64,000 nucleotides of DNA from Longimicrobiales bacterium (GCA_963422615.1 OY730414.1:1240001-1304000); one strand, 5' to 3'. Positions 20,872-32,861 are shown, counted from the stretch's first letter. A program made the numbers and translations. Notes: generated by a model not told the origin, from the sequence alone.

Positions 20872-22199
20872 TCAGGCAGAGTTTGATCTCTTCCGCAGCT
20901 TCGACTGTAGCGTGCTTCGGGGCAGTCCCAGCAATTCGGCCGCCTTCGTAACGTTGCCCTTTGTCATGGCCAGGGCCTTGTCCAGGTGGCGGGACATTGC
21001 TTCGGCGTAGGTAAGAAATTTCGGTTCTTTGGAACCCCAATCCACGGAACCACCGCCTCTTGAGCGCCAGGCGGCCAGCTGTTTCTCAACTTCCAGGCTC
21101 TTCCAAACGGTCCGTTGCGTAACCGTGCGACTGTCGCCCGCGATCGAAGCTGCCCGCCGAACCACGTTCATGAGCTGGCGGACGTTCCCGGGCCACGCGA
21201 AGTTGAGGAGATGCATCTTGGCGGCGCGACAGAACTTCTTTAGAGGATCCCTGCGTTGAAGGAAGAGATCCGCCAGAAAAAGAACGGAATCACCACAACC
21301 GTGCCCGCAATGCGGTCAACGAGATCCTCCCGAATTTTTGCGATCGATGTGGGCTGGGTCGAGGTGAACAGCCGGAAACGCCGGTTCTCTCCTCGACCGA
21401 TGGAGATCGTTTCATCCGATCCGACGGGACGGAAGACTCCGTCGTCGAGCACCGTCAGCAACTTGCTCTGAATGCAGGGAGGACACTCCCCGATATCGTC
21501 CAGGTAGATCAGCCGTGATTGGTCGCTTGCCACGGAGAAGATGCCCCGGCGATTCGTATGGGCACCCGTGAATGAACCCCTTACGTGCCCGAAGAGCTCG
21601 GAGTCAATGAGGCTCTCCGACGTGGCTGCAAGAGACACGGTGAAATGGGCGTCCAGGTTCCATTGCTTACATACTGCCCGGATCAGTTGCCCCTTGCCGA
21701 CGCCTCTCTCCCCAACTAAAAGGACCGGTGTCTTGTCGTCCAGGTGCGCGCTGAACGTCGTGCGGATCTCGACGATTTTCGTGTGATGGCCGGCGAAAAC
21801 AGTGTCCGGGTCGTAAGAATTTCCGCTTCCGGATTCCTGGGCGGTACGTTGGAGCTCCGCCAAGTAGCACAACGTGTAGCTGTCCAGTTCGTTCAGTTCT
21901 TCAAGGATCGGAGGCCCCTGAGCAATCTGGTCCGGGAGGCGGTCCACCGCGTCCCGGGCGGATTGGGAAATGAAGTCCTTCCGTGGCACTGCCGACAAGT
22001 GGTTGCACCAGGAAGCGACGGCCCGGAGCCAGTCGTAGCGGTCAAGGGGCGTCTCGCCCGGCGGGGGCAGTGGGGACTCAGGCGCCGTTGGAGTGCAGAC
22101 GCGGCGGGATGGGGTAGCACCGGAGCCTTTGGGCGGTAGCGAATTGGCGAGTGGCGGGGCGGTGGTTCTAGAGCCCGAAGATGGTTGGATGGATGTCAT
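20872..22199 (-). pseudogene. Sigma-54-dependent enhancer-binding protein (AAA+ plus Fis-type HTH), split by a frameshifting deletion
   Basis: Upstream ORF has GERGVGK, SELFGHVRGSFTGA, LDDIG and REDLVDRI; downstream frame has WPGNVRQL and GNVTKAAELLGLPRSTL. The frames join near 21285, where the conserved PLRER..DI segment is missing. Confidence 0.8.
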
Positions 22200-22606
22200 G
22201 AATCCTCCTCAAGCTCGAAGATGGGTCCTCTGGGGAGCTTGGGGCAAGGTTCCGTTGCCATTTCGGGATGCCATTCCGCATCGTTGTCTTTTTTCGAGAG
22301 GGAGAGCGCGAATCCCACCCCGTAGTGCGTATTGGGCACCTGGGCACCGGAGAAAATCGGAGGGCCGACCTCCGGCGCGTAGATGAGAGAAATGCGCGGG
22401 TTTTCCCCGTGCTGGAGGATGCCAAGGGGGAGGCGGGGCCGGTTGATTTTGCTTCTTGCCGCCGAGATTTCGGCCCCGCTGCCGACGGATGGCTGATGAG
22501 TCGACAAATCCGTCCCGACTGAGCTTGGGTTGCCGCATCGGTGCGGCTATCTGTAACGTTCTATGTGGTAATGAGTTACGTATCATTCGTGAATACATGT
22601 ACAAAA

Positions 22607-22622
22607 TGGCATGGATTATGCT
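22607..22622 (+). promoter_or_regulatory. Putative sigma-54 promoter
   Basis: TGGCATGGATTATGCT has GG-N10-GC spacing, sits in an AT-rich stretch, is divergent from the activator gene and points at the ORF at 22695. Confidence 0.65.
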
Positions 22623-22694
22623 TCTAAGAAAGCCCAGCGACCTCGGAATTCGCCGGGGTCGCAGGTCGTCAAAGACGGAAGTTTCTGCCGATGA

Positions 22695-23891
22695 TTGCAA
22701 AAAACGGTCTTAGCCATGTTTCGAGCTGATTGTCGTCCAGGCCTCTCGTGGGTCAGCGGCGGGATGGCCTGGGCGATCGCCGCCGGAGTTGTTCTTGCCC
22801 CTCCTGCGGAAGCCCAGTGGAGCTTGGCTCCTCCGGATGTAACGATTGACGAAGGTTCAGGGGTGGAATTTTCGCTCATCACGGACTTGCTCGTTTACGA
22901 AAATCGGATTTATGTGGCAGATTGGGGTTTCACGCAAATCCACGCCTTTGATCTGGCCACGGGTGACCACATCGTGACCACGGGGCGAGAGGGCGAAGGA
23001 CCGAGGGAGTTTCAGGGTCCGCTCGGGTTTGACCACTGTGGGGGAGACAGCGTCTTCGTTTCGGACAGAAGCTTTCCTCGGATATCCGTCTACTCCCTGG
23101 AACTCGACTACCTGCGTACCATCACCCTGCCGCGGAGTATTAGTAGGGCAGAAATCGGGTGCACCGGTTCAAGTGGGTTTGTCGTGCAAGACAAGCACCG
23201 TGATCCCATGCTGGTTAATGAATTGATTCGTAGCAATGAAGACGTTCCCAAGGATCCCTATAGTAGCACGTTCGACATCGTTTTTTTCGCGCCGGACGGG
23301 TCACATAGAATGACGATGGGCCCATTCACAGGTGAAGAACGATATCGTTCCGTCAACAGCGGGGGATGGACGGACCGACCTGTCACATGGGGGTTCGCCC
23401 CGATGTTCGGAGTTTCCCGCTGGGGTTTCGTTCTGGGAAGCGTGGATGCTTGGTCGTTATTGGTGCGTTACGATCCGGAGGGGAACGTTCGGGACACCAT
23501 TGGGGTGGACACGGAGCCTCTTGACATTCCTCGCTCTCACATCAACGCGGACATTGAAGAATGGGTCCGCTTCGCCGAGACTCAAGGCCGGGATCTTGCT
23601 TCGACTCGGCGCCGGTGGTCGGAACACCCGTATCCCTCCCACTATCCTGTTTACTCCGATGTACAGGCGGTGGACGGGGGCTTCGTATGGGTTGAACGCT
23701 TTTCCGTGCCGTACCCGGAGCCACAGCCTCCCCTCTGGGAGATTTTCGGGCCCGACGGCACCCTGGAGGCCACGGTGGATTTTCCGAGCGGTTTCGAGCT
23801 CATGTGGGTTGGCGATACCCACGTTGCCGGAATCGTGAAGGATGAGCTGGACGTTCCGAGCGTGGAAGTGCGTCCCATTCAACGACGCTAA
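22695..23891 (+). CDS. Exported 6-bladed beta-propeller (TolB/NHL-like) protein
   Basis: Signal peptide ending AEA-Q; IYVAD, GREGEGPREF, GDSVFVSD, C-terminal KDELDVPSV. Start uncertain (22695 or one of two downstream ATGs). Confidence 0.7.
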   Translation: MQKTVLAMFRADCRPGLSWVSGGMAWAIAAGVVLAPPAEAQWSLAPPDVTIDEGSGVEFSLITDLLVYENRIYVADWGFTQIHAFDLATGDHIVTTGREGEGPREFQGPLGFDHCGGDSVFVSDRSFPRISVYSLELDYLRTITLPRSISRAEIGCTGSSGFVVQDKHRDPMLVNELIRSNEDVPKDPYSSTFDIVFFAPDGSHRMTMGPFTGEERYRSVNSGGWTDRPVTWGFAPMFGVSRWGFVLGSVDAWSLLVRYDPEGNVRDTIGVDTEPLDIPRSHINADIEEWVRFAETQGRDLASTRRRWSEHPYPSHYPVYSDVQAVDGGFVWVERFSVPYPEPQPPLWEIFGPDGTLEATVDFPSGFELMWVGDTHVAGIVKDELDVPSVEVRPIQRR

Positions 23892-23939
23892 AGGACTTCT
23901 TACCGATTTTCCGGGGATGGCCGGCCCGGTGTCTGGCCA

Positions 23940-23958
23940 CCCCCCCCCCCCCCCCCCC
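23940..23958. repeat. Poly-C homopolymer (C19)
   Basis: 19 consecutive C residues, intergenic. Confidence 0.9.
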
Positions 23959-24174
23959 AGCGGGCTTGGGGACCCCTCAGGGCCGCCCCAATCGCAGCCG
24001 ACGCTCTCCCCCTGAATCGCTATTGATTCCGCCGCGGACCGGGCACTTTGCTTTGGACGCCCGATTTTGGCGTGCTTCGTCCGACGGGCTTCCGACTTCT
24101 TGACCCGGTCATTGGATTCGCCACCCACTCCAGGCCTGACGGGGCTGGGGTCCCGATCGCCCTACGGGCTTGAT

Positions 24175-24212
24175 TTCTCTCTTGGGGGAACGATTCTCTC
24201 TTGGGGGAACGA
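24175..24212. repeat. Perfect 19-bp tandem duplication
   Basis: TTCTCTCTTGGGGGAACGA occurs twice in tandem. Confidence 0.9.
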
Positions 24213-24214
24213 GC

Positions 24215-24242
24215 TTGCGAAATTTTTCACAAGCGCTACAAT
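24215..24242 (+). promoter_or_regulatory. Putative sigma-70 promoter of the atp operon
   Basis: TTGCGA-N16-TACAAT, about 105 bp upstream of the first atp gene. Confidence 0.6.
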
Positions 24243-24346
24243 TCCCTTTGCTTGGCCACGCGGTCACGGGTGGGTTTTCCCGGGACTCGGAAGAGCGGCC
24301 GGTCATCGTCAGGGAACGGGTCAAAAGTGAGGGAGCTAGGGGGGGC

Positions 24347-24619
24347 GTGAACGTGAAGGAGGACGCAGGTCCGTCAAGGCATTCGCCCGTTGGGGGGTCG
24401 GGTGGCCTTGGGCGTTACGCGGGATACGGGCTGGCGTGGGTGCTGACGGCACTTATTGGCGGCTGGATCGGCCTGGAGCTGGATGCGCGTCTGGGTACCA
24501 GCCCGTTGCTGGCGGTGCTGGGAACGCTTGGCGGAGCGGGGGCGGGGATGTACACGCTGTACGTCAGGCTCATCGTTGAACCCGGGAGCAAGCGCAAGGA
24601 GCGTAAGGGATCGCCATGA
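24347..24619 (+). CDS. AtpZ/AtpI family small membrane protein
   Basis: GWIGLELDARLGTSP-type motif with two TM helices; first gene of the atp operon. Start approximate. Confidence 0.8.
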   Translation: MNVKEDAGPSRHSPVGGSGGLGRYAGYGLAWVLTALIGGWIGLELDARLGTSPLLAVLGTLGGAGAGMYTLYVRLIVEPGSKRKERKGSP

Positions 24620-24996
24620 ACCGGTCGGCGCTATTCCCACTTACAGCCGTTCTAATGGTTTCGGCGGGCGTGCTGGGGGGCTTGCCGTTTCTAGGAGGGG
24701 CTGGCCGACGGGCCGTCGCGTGGTCCGGCGTCCTGGCCCTGGGCGTTCAGATTCCCATTCACCTCCTGCTTGGAGGCTGGCGTCGCCGGGCCGACCGTTT
24801 CTTCGCTGCCGTCGTGGTCAGCTTCGGGGTGCGGGTCATCACCATTGCCGCTGCCATCTTGTTGTTGGTCGTGCCGGAGCGCGTTCTCCCGGTGCCTTTC
24901 CTGCTCGGCCTTGCCGCCTTTGTCTTCGCCACTTCCGTTCTGGAAGCCCTTCTGGATCGACAGTCGGCGACATCGGAGGGTTCGCTGCGGTCATGA
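24616..24996 (+). CDS. AtpI-like 4-TM membrane protein
   Basis: Hydrophobic 126 aa with ATGA overlaps at both ends, directly before atpB. Confidence 0.7.
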   Translation: MNRSALFPLTAVLMVSAGVLGGLPFLGGAGRRAVAWSGVLALGVQIPIHLLLGGWRRRADRFFAAVVVSFGVRVITIAAAILLLVVPERVLPVPFLLGLAAFVFATSVLEALLDRQSATSEGSLRS

Positions 24997-25946
24997 CCGA
25001 GAGCCTTCTCACCTTGCCCAATCCTCCCGCCTTGCCACAGCAGGAGGATGGTCTTGCCCAAGAGCTCCAGGGTCCAGCCGCCACAGAGGACGCGCACGGC
25101 GGAGAGTTCGACCTGGGGGCCGACGTCCTGGCCCATCACATCCTGGACGCCCGGGAGTACGAGTTGCCGTTCTTTTCGCTCCACCTCCCCGAGAGTTGGG
25201 TGGTCCACATCGGGGGATTGGCCTTGGATCTTTCGCCCACCAAACACACCGTTCTGATGTTCCTGGCTGCCGCCATCTCCACTGTCTTGGTTCTGATCGC
25301 TTCTCGGACGGTCGCCGTCCGGGGAGTGTCCCGGGCGCCCTCCGGCTTCGCCAACGCCGTAGAGGCCATGGTCGTCTTTTTTCGTGACGAAGTGTGCAAG
25401 AGCAACATCGGTCGCGGCTACGAGCGCTTTGTTCCGTTCGTTCTCACGCTTTTCTTCTTCATTCTTGTAATGAACCTGCTGGGACTTGTGCCCTGGGGCG
25501 GCTCGGCCACGGGCAATCTTTCCGTCACCGCGGCCCTGGCCGCCGTTACTTTCGTCGTTACCGAGGTGTCGGGATTTCGGGCCCTGGGCTTTTCGGGCTA
25601 CATGAGGACGATCTTCTACGCGCCTCCGGGGATGGGGGGAATCGGCAAATTCTTCATGCTGTGCCTCATGACCCCTGTGGAGCTCATGAGCAAGATCACC
25701 AAGCCTTTCGCCTTGGCGGTGCGCCTCTTCGCCAACATGACGGCCGGCCACATGCTGATTTTCTCCCTCATGGGGCTGATCTTCGTCTTCGCCGACGTGG
25801 CGTTCGCCCGCTGGTTCGTAGCCGGCGCCTCGTTCTCCATGGTCACCCTGATCCTCCTGATGGAGCTGCTCATTGCCGTCATTCAGGCGTATGTTTTCGC
25901 CATGCTGTCGGCGGTCTTCATTGGGCTGATGCAACACGAACACTAA
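24993..25946 (+). CDS. atpB: ATP synthase Fo subunit a
   Basis: NLLGLVP, KPFALAVRLFANMTAGH, IQAYVF; start ATG 24993. Confidence 0.96.
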   Translation: MTESLLTLPNPPALPQQEDGLAQELQGPAATEDAHGGEFDLGADVLAHHILDAREYELPFFSLHLPESWVVHIGGLALDLSPTKHTVLMFLAAAISTVLVLIASRTVAVRGVSRAPSGFANAVEAMVVFFRDEVCKSNIGRGYERFVPFVLTLFFFILVMNLLGLVPWGGSATGNLSVTAALAAVTFVVTEVSGFRALGFSGYMRTIFYAPPGMGGIGKFFMLCLMTPVELMSKITKPFALAVRLFANMTAGHMLIFSLMGLIFVFADVAFARWFVAGASFSMVTLILLMELLIAVIQAYVFAMLSAVFIGLMQHEH

Positions 25947-26264
<318 letters not shown>

Positions 26265-26333
26265 TGCCCGGTTCGGACTTCCCACCTGCTCCCTTCAACG
26301 GCCAGAGCGTGTGACCTCATTTCAAGCGGAGAC

Positions 26334-26945
26334 GTGATGACGCCATTCCCGATGGTGCTTGCTGTGCGGGTCGTTCCAATCGCGCTGGTGACGCCACCCG
26401 TGGCGGCGGCGGAAGGGTGGGAATCCCTTTTCGCCGTGAACTGGGGGCTTTCCTTCTGGACCCTGGCCACTTTCCTGGCCATGCTCGCCATCCTCAGGCG
26501 CTTTGCGTGGAAGCCCCTGCTGGGTGCCCTGGGTGCCCGCGAGATGGGCATTCAGGGGACGATTGACGAGGCGAACCGGCAGCGCGAAGAAGCCGAGCGC
26601 CTGCTTGCCGATAACCGGGAACAACTGGCCGAGGGCCGCCGCCGCGTCCAGGCGATGATTGCCGAAGGCCGAGAGGCGGCCGAAAGACTGAGGAAGGATT
26701 TGGAGGCGAAGACCCGCCAGGAGAGCCAGGCGATTCTGGTCAACGCCCGCCGGGAGATCCAGCGGGAGCGGGATGCGGCGCTCGAAATCGTGCGCCGAGA
26801 GTCGGTTGAGCTTGCCTTGGCGGCCGCGTCTCGTCTTCTCGAAGAACGCCTGGACAACGATCGTGACCGCCAGCTCGTGATGGGATACGTTGACGAACTG
26901 TCCAGGGCCGAGGGCTTGTCGGGAGGGGGAGGACTTCGAGCGTGA
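26334..26945 (+). CDS. atpF: ATP synthase Fo subunit b
   Basis: Single TM, FAWKPLL..L..RE, long charged helix. Start uncertain. Confidence 0.92.
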   Translation: MMTPFPMVLAVRVVPIALVTPPVAAAEGWESLFAVNWGLSFWTLATFLAMLAILRRFAWKPLLGALGAREMGIQGTIDEANRQREEAERLLADNREQLAEGRRRVQAMIAEGREAAERLRKDLEAKTRQESQAILVNARREIQRERDAALEIVRRESVELALAAASRLLEERLDNDRDRQLVMGYVDELSRAEGLSGGGGLRA

Positions 26946-27505
26946 GGGAAGATACCGTCGCCCGAGGGTACGCCGAGACACTTTTCGAGCTGGCCGAACG
27001 CCACCAAGGCGCCCGAGTGTTCGGTAACGGCATCGAACTGGCTGCGAGCCTGATGGAGGACGCCCGGGTGCGCGAGTTCCTCGTTACCCCTCGGATCTCG
27101 GCGGCGGCGAAAAAGGCGGCCCTCGACCGAGGGCTGGGGGGCCAGGTGCCCGCAATGCTTCTTCGCTTTCTCAAAGTGGTTATCGACCGGGGCCGCCAGC
27201 GCCTGATTCCGCGCATCTCCCAGGCATACGCTTTGCTTTTGGACCGGCGTCTGGGTCGACGTCATGTGGAGGTAAGCGTGGCCCGGCCCCTGGACGAGGA
27301 AGCCCTGAAGGAGGTCGCGGCACGGTTGTCCGGCGCCGCCGGGGTGACCGTGATTCCCGACGTGAGGGTCAGGCCGGCGATTCTGGGTGGCATCGTAATT
27401 CGAGATGGCGACACGGTCTACGACGGATCCCTCAAGCGTCGCCTTGACGGAATGCGCAGGAAGCTGATGGCAACGGGACTGCCGACGCCTTCGCCCGCGC
27501 GGTGA
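26942..27505 (+). CDS. atpH: ATP synthase F1 subunit delta
   Basis: VARGYAETLF, ILGGIVIRDGDTVYDGS. Confidence 0.93.
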   Translation: MREDTVARGYAETLFELAERHQGARVFGNGIELAASLMEDARVREFLVTPRISAAAKKAALDRGLGGQVPAMLLRFLKVVIDRGRQRLIPRISQAYALLLDRRLGRRHVEVSVARPLDEEALKEVAARLSGAAGVTVIPDVRVRPAILGGIVIRDGDTVYDGSLKRRLDGMRRKLMATGLPTPSPAR

Positions 27506-27585
27506 GGCCCTCTTGAGCCCGACGGCAGCGGAAGCGTAGGCAAAACAATGACGTTGGATTGAGACTTCAAGGAAAATAGAACGAC

Positions 27586-29148
27586 ATGTCAGAATCCCAT
27601 CTCCGGGCGGGTGAGATCAAGAGCGTCCTCTTGGCGGAGATCGAAAACTACGAAGACGTCCTTCACGCGGAGGAAGTGGGCGAGGTTCTTGAGGTCAAAG
27701 ACGGTGTCGCCCGTATCTATGGCTTGAACCGGGCCATGGCCAGCGAGATGCTCGAAATCACCTCGAGCGGGAGCGGGGAGACCGTCACCGCCCTGGCCCT
27801 CAACCTGGAAGAGGACAACATCGGCGCCGTCATCATGGGGGAGTGGGCCGGGCTCCATGAGGGGGACGAAGTGCGGAGAACGGGACGCGTACTGGATGTT
27901 CCGGTCGGCGCAGAATACTTGGGCCGGGTCGTGGACGCTTTGGGGGCGCCCTTGGACGGCGGCCCCCCGATTGAAGCCAAGGACCGGCGCCAGATCGACG
28001 TCGTCGCCCCGGGGATCGTAAAGCGTCAGCCCGTGAAAGAGCCGCTCCAAACGGGGATCAAGGCCATTGACGCGATGATTCCCATTGGACGGGGTCAGCG
28101 GGAGCTCATCATCGGAGATCGGCAGACGGGCAAGACCGCCATTGCCATCGACGCGATTCTCAACCAGAGGGACACGGACGTCATCTGCATCTACTGTGCG
28201 ATCGGCCAGCGGGCAGGGAACGTGGCGGGGGTAGTGGACACCCTACGGCACCACGGCGCTCTGGACTACACTGTCGTTGTCACGGCCAACGCCTCCGACC
28301 CGGCCCCCATGCAGTACATCGCCCCCTATTCGGCCACCGCTCTGGCGGAGCATTTCATGTGGCAGGGCAAGCACACCCTGGTCATCTACGACGACCTTTC
28401 CAAGCAAGCCCAGGCCTACCGCCAGTTGTCCCTTGTGCTCCGCCGACCGCCGGGGCGAGAAGCCTACCCCGGGGACGTGTTCTACCTGCACTCTCGGCTT
28501 CTGGAGCGGGCTGCCAAGCTGTCCGACGAACTGGGCGGAGGGTCCCTGACGGCGCTTCCCGTCATTGAGACTCAAGCGGGAGATGTGTCGGCCTACATTC
28601 CGACGAACGTCATTTCCATCACCGACGGTCAGATTTATCTGGAGCCCGACCTGTTCAACTCCGGGGTGCGGCCCGCCGTGAATGTCGGCATCTCGGTTTC
28701 CCGGGTCGGCGGGGCCGCCCAGGTCAAGGCCATGAAGTCGGTGGCAGGGCGCCTCCGTCTCGATCTGGCCCAGTTTCGGGCCATGGAGACGTTTGCGCAG
28801 TTCGCGTCGGACCTGGACGCCGCGACCCAGCAACAGCTGGCGCGCGGGCAGCGAACCGTGGAGATCCTCAAGCAGCCCCAGTATCGGCCGGTGCCGGTCG
28901 AGAAGCAGATCGTGACCATTTACGCGGTGACCAATGGCTATCTGGACGGCGTGGATGTGTTGCAAGTGCGGGCCTGGGAGAGGGGGTTCCTCCAGTTTCT
29001 GGAGAGTCGCTTCGACGACGTTCTCATCGGACTTCGCCAAGAGGGTCGGCTCACGGACGACATTGAGGGCCGTCTCCAGAGAGCCATCGAAGCGTACAAC
29101 CGGGTTATTGAGGCCGAAGCGTCGGCCACGGCGGCCGGAGCGGCGTAG
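27586..29148 (+). CDS. atpA: ATP synthase F1 subunit alpha
   Basis: [28 protein letters not shown]. Confidence 0.99.
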   Translation: MSESHLRAGEIKSVLLAEIENYEDVLHAEEVGEVLEVKDGVARIYGLNRAMASEMLEITSSGSGETVTALALNLEEDNIGAVIMGEWAGLHEGDEVRRTGRVLDVPVGAEYLGRVVDALGAPLDGGPPIEAKDRRQIDVVAPGIVKRQPVKEPLQTGIKAIDAMIPIGRGQRELIIGDRQTGKTAIAIDAILNQRDTDVICIYCAIGQRAGNVAGVVDTLRHHGALDYTVVVTANASDPAPMQYIAPYSATALAEHFMWQGKHTLVIYDDLSKQAQAYRQLSLVLRRPPGREAYPGDVFYLHSRLLERAAKLSDELGGGSLTALPVIETQAGDVSAYIPTNVISITDGQIYLEPDLFNSGVRPAVNVGISVSRVGGAAQVKAMKSVAGRLRLDLAQFRAMETFAQFASDLDAATQQQLARGQRTVEILKQPQYRPVPVEKQIVTIYAVTNGYLDGVDVLQVRAWERGFLQFLESRFDDVLIGLRQEGRLTDDIEGRLQRAIEAYNRVIEAEASATAAGAA

Positions 29149-29153
29149 GACCG

Positions 29154-30014
29154 GTGGCCAGCGCCAGCGACGTACAGCGGCGGATCAAGACGGTCCGCAA
29201 TACCCGCAAGATTACCCGCACCATGGAGCTCGTGGCCACGTCCAAGCTCAAGCGGGCCATGGATCGGATGGTCGCGGCCCGTCCATACGCTGAAGCCCTC
29301 ATTGACGTGGTGGGAGGGCTCTACGCGCCGGAGCTGGCGCAGGATCATCCCCTCCTTCGTCGGCCCCTCAAGACCAACCGAGCGGCCGTGCTTCTGCTCA
29401 CGGCCAACCGGGGCTTCTGCGGCGCGTTCAACGCAAACCTGATCCGGGAGGCTCGCCTTCGCGTGGAAGCGTTGCAAGGGCAGGGCGTGAAGACGGAACT
29501 GCACATTTCGGGCAAGAAGGGGATCACCTTCTTTCGGTTCCGCGGCACTCGAATCGCATCCACCACGACCGCCATCGGCGATACGCCCACGCCGGCCGAC
29601 GCCAGGACCCTGGCCGCACCTCTCGCGGAGCGCTTCGCGGCGGGAGAACTGGACGCCGTCGAAGTCGTGAGCTCCGAGTTTCGCTCCGCCATGTCTACGC
29701 CGCCCTGTACCTCCCACCTCCTACCGGTGACCCTGTCGGGGGAGGCCAAGGTGGCGGACGCGTTCATTCTTTCGCCCACAGCGGACAAGATGATGGGGAA
29801 GATTCTTCCTCGCTATGTGGAGAGCGTGGTCTACCGGGCCCTGGTGGAGAATGCCGCCGGAGAACAGGGGGCTCGCCGGGCGGCCATGAAGAGCGCGACC
29901 GACAACGCCGGCGAGATTCTGGAGAATCTAACCCGCAGCTACAACCGGGCGCGCCAAGCCCAGATCACCCAAGAGATTGCCGAGATTGTGGGGGGCGCCG
30001 CCGCGCTGGAGTAG
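29154..30014 (+). CDS. atpG: ATP synthase F1 subunit gamma
   Basis: KITRTMELVA, RGFCGAFN, ARQAQITQEIAEIVGGA. Confidence 0.97.
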   Translation: MASASDVQRRIKTVRNTRKITRTMELVATSKLKRAMDRMVAARPYAEALIDVVGGLYAPELAQDHPLLRRPLKTNRAAVLLLTANRGFCGAFNANLIREARLRVEALQGQGVKTELHISGKKGITFFRFRGTRIASTTTAIGDTPTPADARTLAAPLAERFAAGELDAVEVVSSEFRSAMSTPPCTSHLLPVTLSGEAKVADAFILSPTADKMMGKILPRYVESVVYRALVENAAGEQGARRAAMKSATDNAGEILENLTRSYNRARQAQITQEIAEIVGGAAALE

Positions 30015-30065
30015 GTTCACTTTGACCGAAAACGTGCTCATCGACGCCCGCCGGCGACGGCTTGA

Positions 30066-31544
<1,479 letters not shown>

Positions 31545-31547
31545 TTC

Positions 31548-31850
31548 ATGGCGGAACGCCGCTTGGCGGTGCGGGTGCTCACGCCCGAAGGGGTCGTCTT
31601 CGAGGGCGCCGCGCGTTCACTCGTGGCCCCGGCTTGGGATGGCCGGGTGGGGATCTTTCCCGGACACGCCCCGTTTCTCGCGCTCTCGGGTGAAGGGCCG
31701 CTGGATGTGCGCCCCGAATCGGGAGGAAACCTACGATTCCATCTGTCGGGGGGACTGCTGAAAGTCGATTCGGACCGCGTTACTGTCGTCGTTGATCAAG
31801 CGGTGCGGAGCGAAAACGAGGGTGGGGCCGGGAGCGGCCGCGGCGAATGA
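31548..31850 (+). CDS. atpC: ATP synthase F1 subunit epsilon (short form)
   Basis: VLTPE, GIFPGHAP, SGG; follows atpD. Confidence 0.9.
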   Translation: MAERRLAVRVLTPEGVVFEGAARSLVAPAWDGRVGIFPGHAPFLALSGEGPLDVRPESGGNLRFHLSGGLLKVDSDRVTVVVDQAVRSENEGGAGSGRGE

Positions 31851-31956
31851 AGCGACGGCCCTTTCCCGAGGGCCGGTCGACCCAGCCAGCCCGGCGTCCC
31901 GAGACGATACTCGTGAGGTCCCGGAGGACCCACTGCCGGCAGACGCCGCTTCCACT

Positions 31957-32775
31957 ATGAGAATCGACCTTCACGTCCACTCGACCGCTTCCGACGGCAC
32001 CTGCTCACCGGAAGAGGTAGTGAACCGAGCCGCAGGGGGCGGGCTGGACGTCCTGGCGCTTTCCGACCATGACACGGTGTCCGGGGTCGCGCGGGCCATT
32101 CGGGCGGCGAGATCGAGACGGCTCCATGTCATCCCTGCGGTGGAGCTCAGCAGCACCTGGCGAGGACAGGACATCCACATATTGGGGTACTTCATCGACG
32201 TGAGGTCGGATGCCCTGACGGACTACGAGCGGCGGGGGCTGGAGCGCCGATCCTCTCGCATGGCGGAGATGATGGACCGCCTCGCCCGCCAAGGGGTCGC
32301 CATCCGCTGGGAACAGCTGGAGGCACAGCGGCCTACGCCCGCCACCGCCCTGACCCGTCCCCACTTGGCTCGTGCGTTGGTCGAAACGGGTTACGCGGTC
32401 AGCGTGCAGGAAGCCTTCACGACGCTGATCGGAAACGGTTGTCCGGCCTATGTCCCCACGGAAGTGGCGGCCCCGGAAACGGCGATCCAAGTCATTCGGG
32501 TCGCTGGCGGGATTCCCGTTTGGGCACATCCTCCGGCGAACCTCCTCGACGATCTCCTGTCGGTTCTGGTGGACGCGGGGCTGGGAGGCGTGGAGGTTTA
32601 CCGCCCGGCCTTCGGGCAAAGCTATGTTTCCGCATTGTTGGCGCTGGCCGAAAGGGAGGGGCTTCTGGTAACCGGAGGCTCCGACTGGCACGGCCCAGAA
32701 GGAGGTGCGGAACTGGGCGATTTCTTCGTAGATGGGCCCGATGTGGCCGCTTTTCTGGCGGAGGGGGGCATCTGA
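31957..32775 (+). CDS. PHP domain phosphoesterase (TrpH/YciV-like)
   Basis: DLHVHSTASDG, SDHD, HILG, AHP, GGSDWHG; start ATG 31957. Confidence 0.92.
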   Translation: MRIDLHVHSTASDGTCSPEEVVNRAAGGGLDVLALSDHDTVSGVARAIRAARSRRLHVIPAVELSSTWRGQDIHILGYFIDVRSDALTDYERRGLERRSSRMAEMMDRLARQGVAIRWEQLEAQRPTPATALTRPHLARALVETGYAVSVQEAFTTLIGNGCPAYVPTEVAAPETAIQVIRVAGGIPVWAHPPANLLDDLLSVLVDAGLGGVEVYRPAFGQSYVSALLALAEREGLLVTGGSDWHGPEGGAELGDFFVDGPDVAAFLAEGGI

Positions 32776-32832
32776 TCCGGTTGGAGTAGCGGTGACATCC
32801 ATGCGGTTGCGGGATCCGGGATCCCTCCAGTG

Positions 32833-32861
32833 TTGACTTTCCCGAAATCGTTGTTTACCTT
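32833..32861 (+). promoter_or_regulatory. Putative sigma-70 promoter of the 23S-5S unit
   Basis: TTGACT-N17-TACCTT, about 290 bp upstream of the 23S 5' end. Confidence 0.65.
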
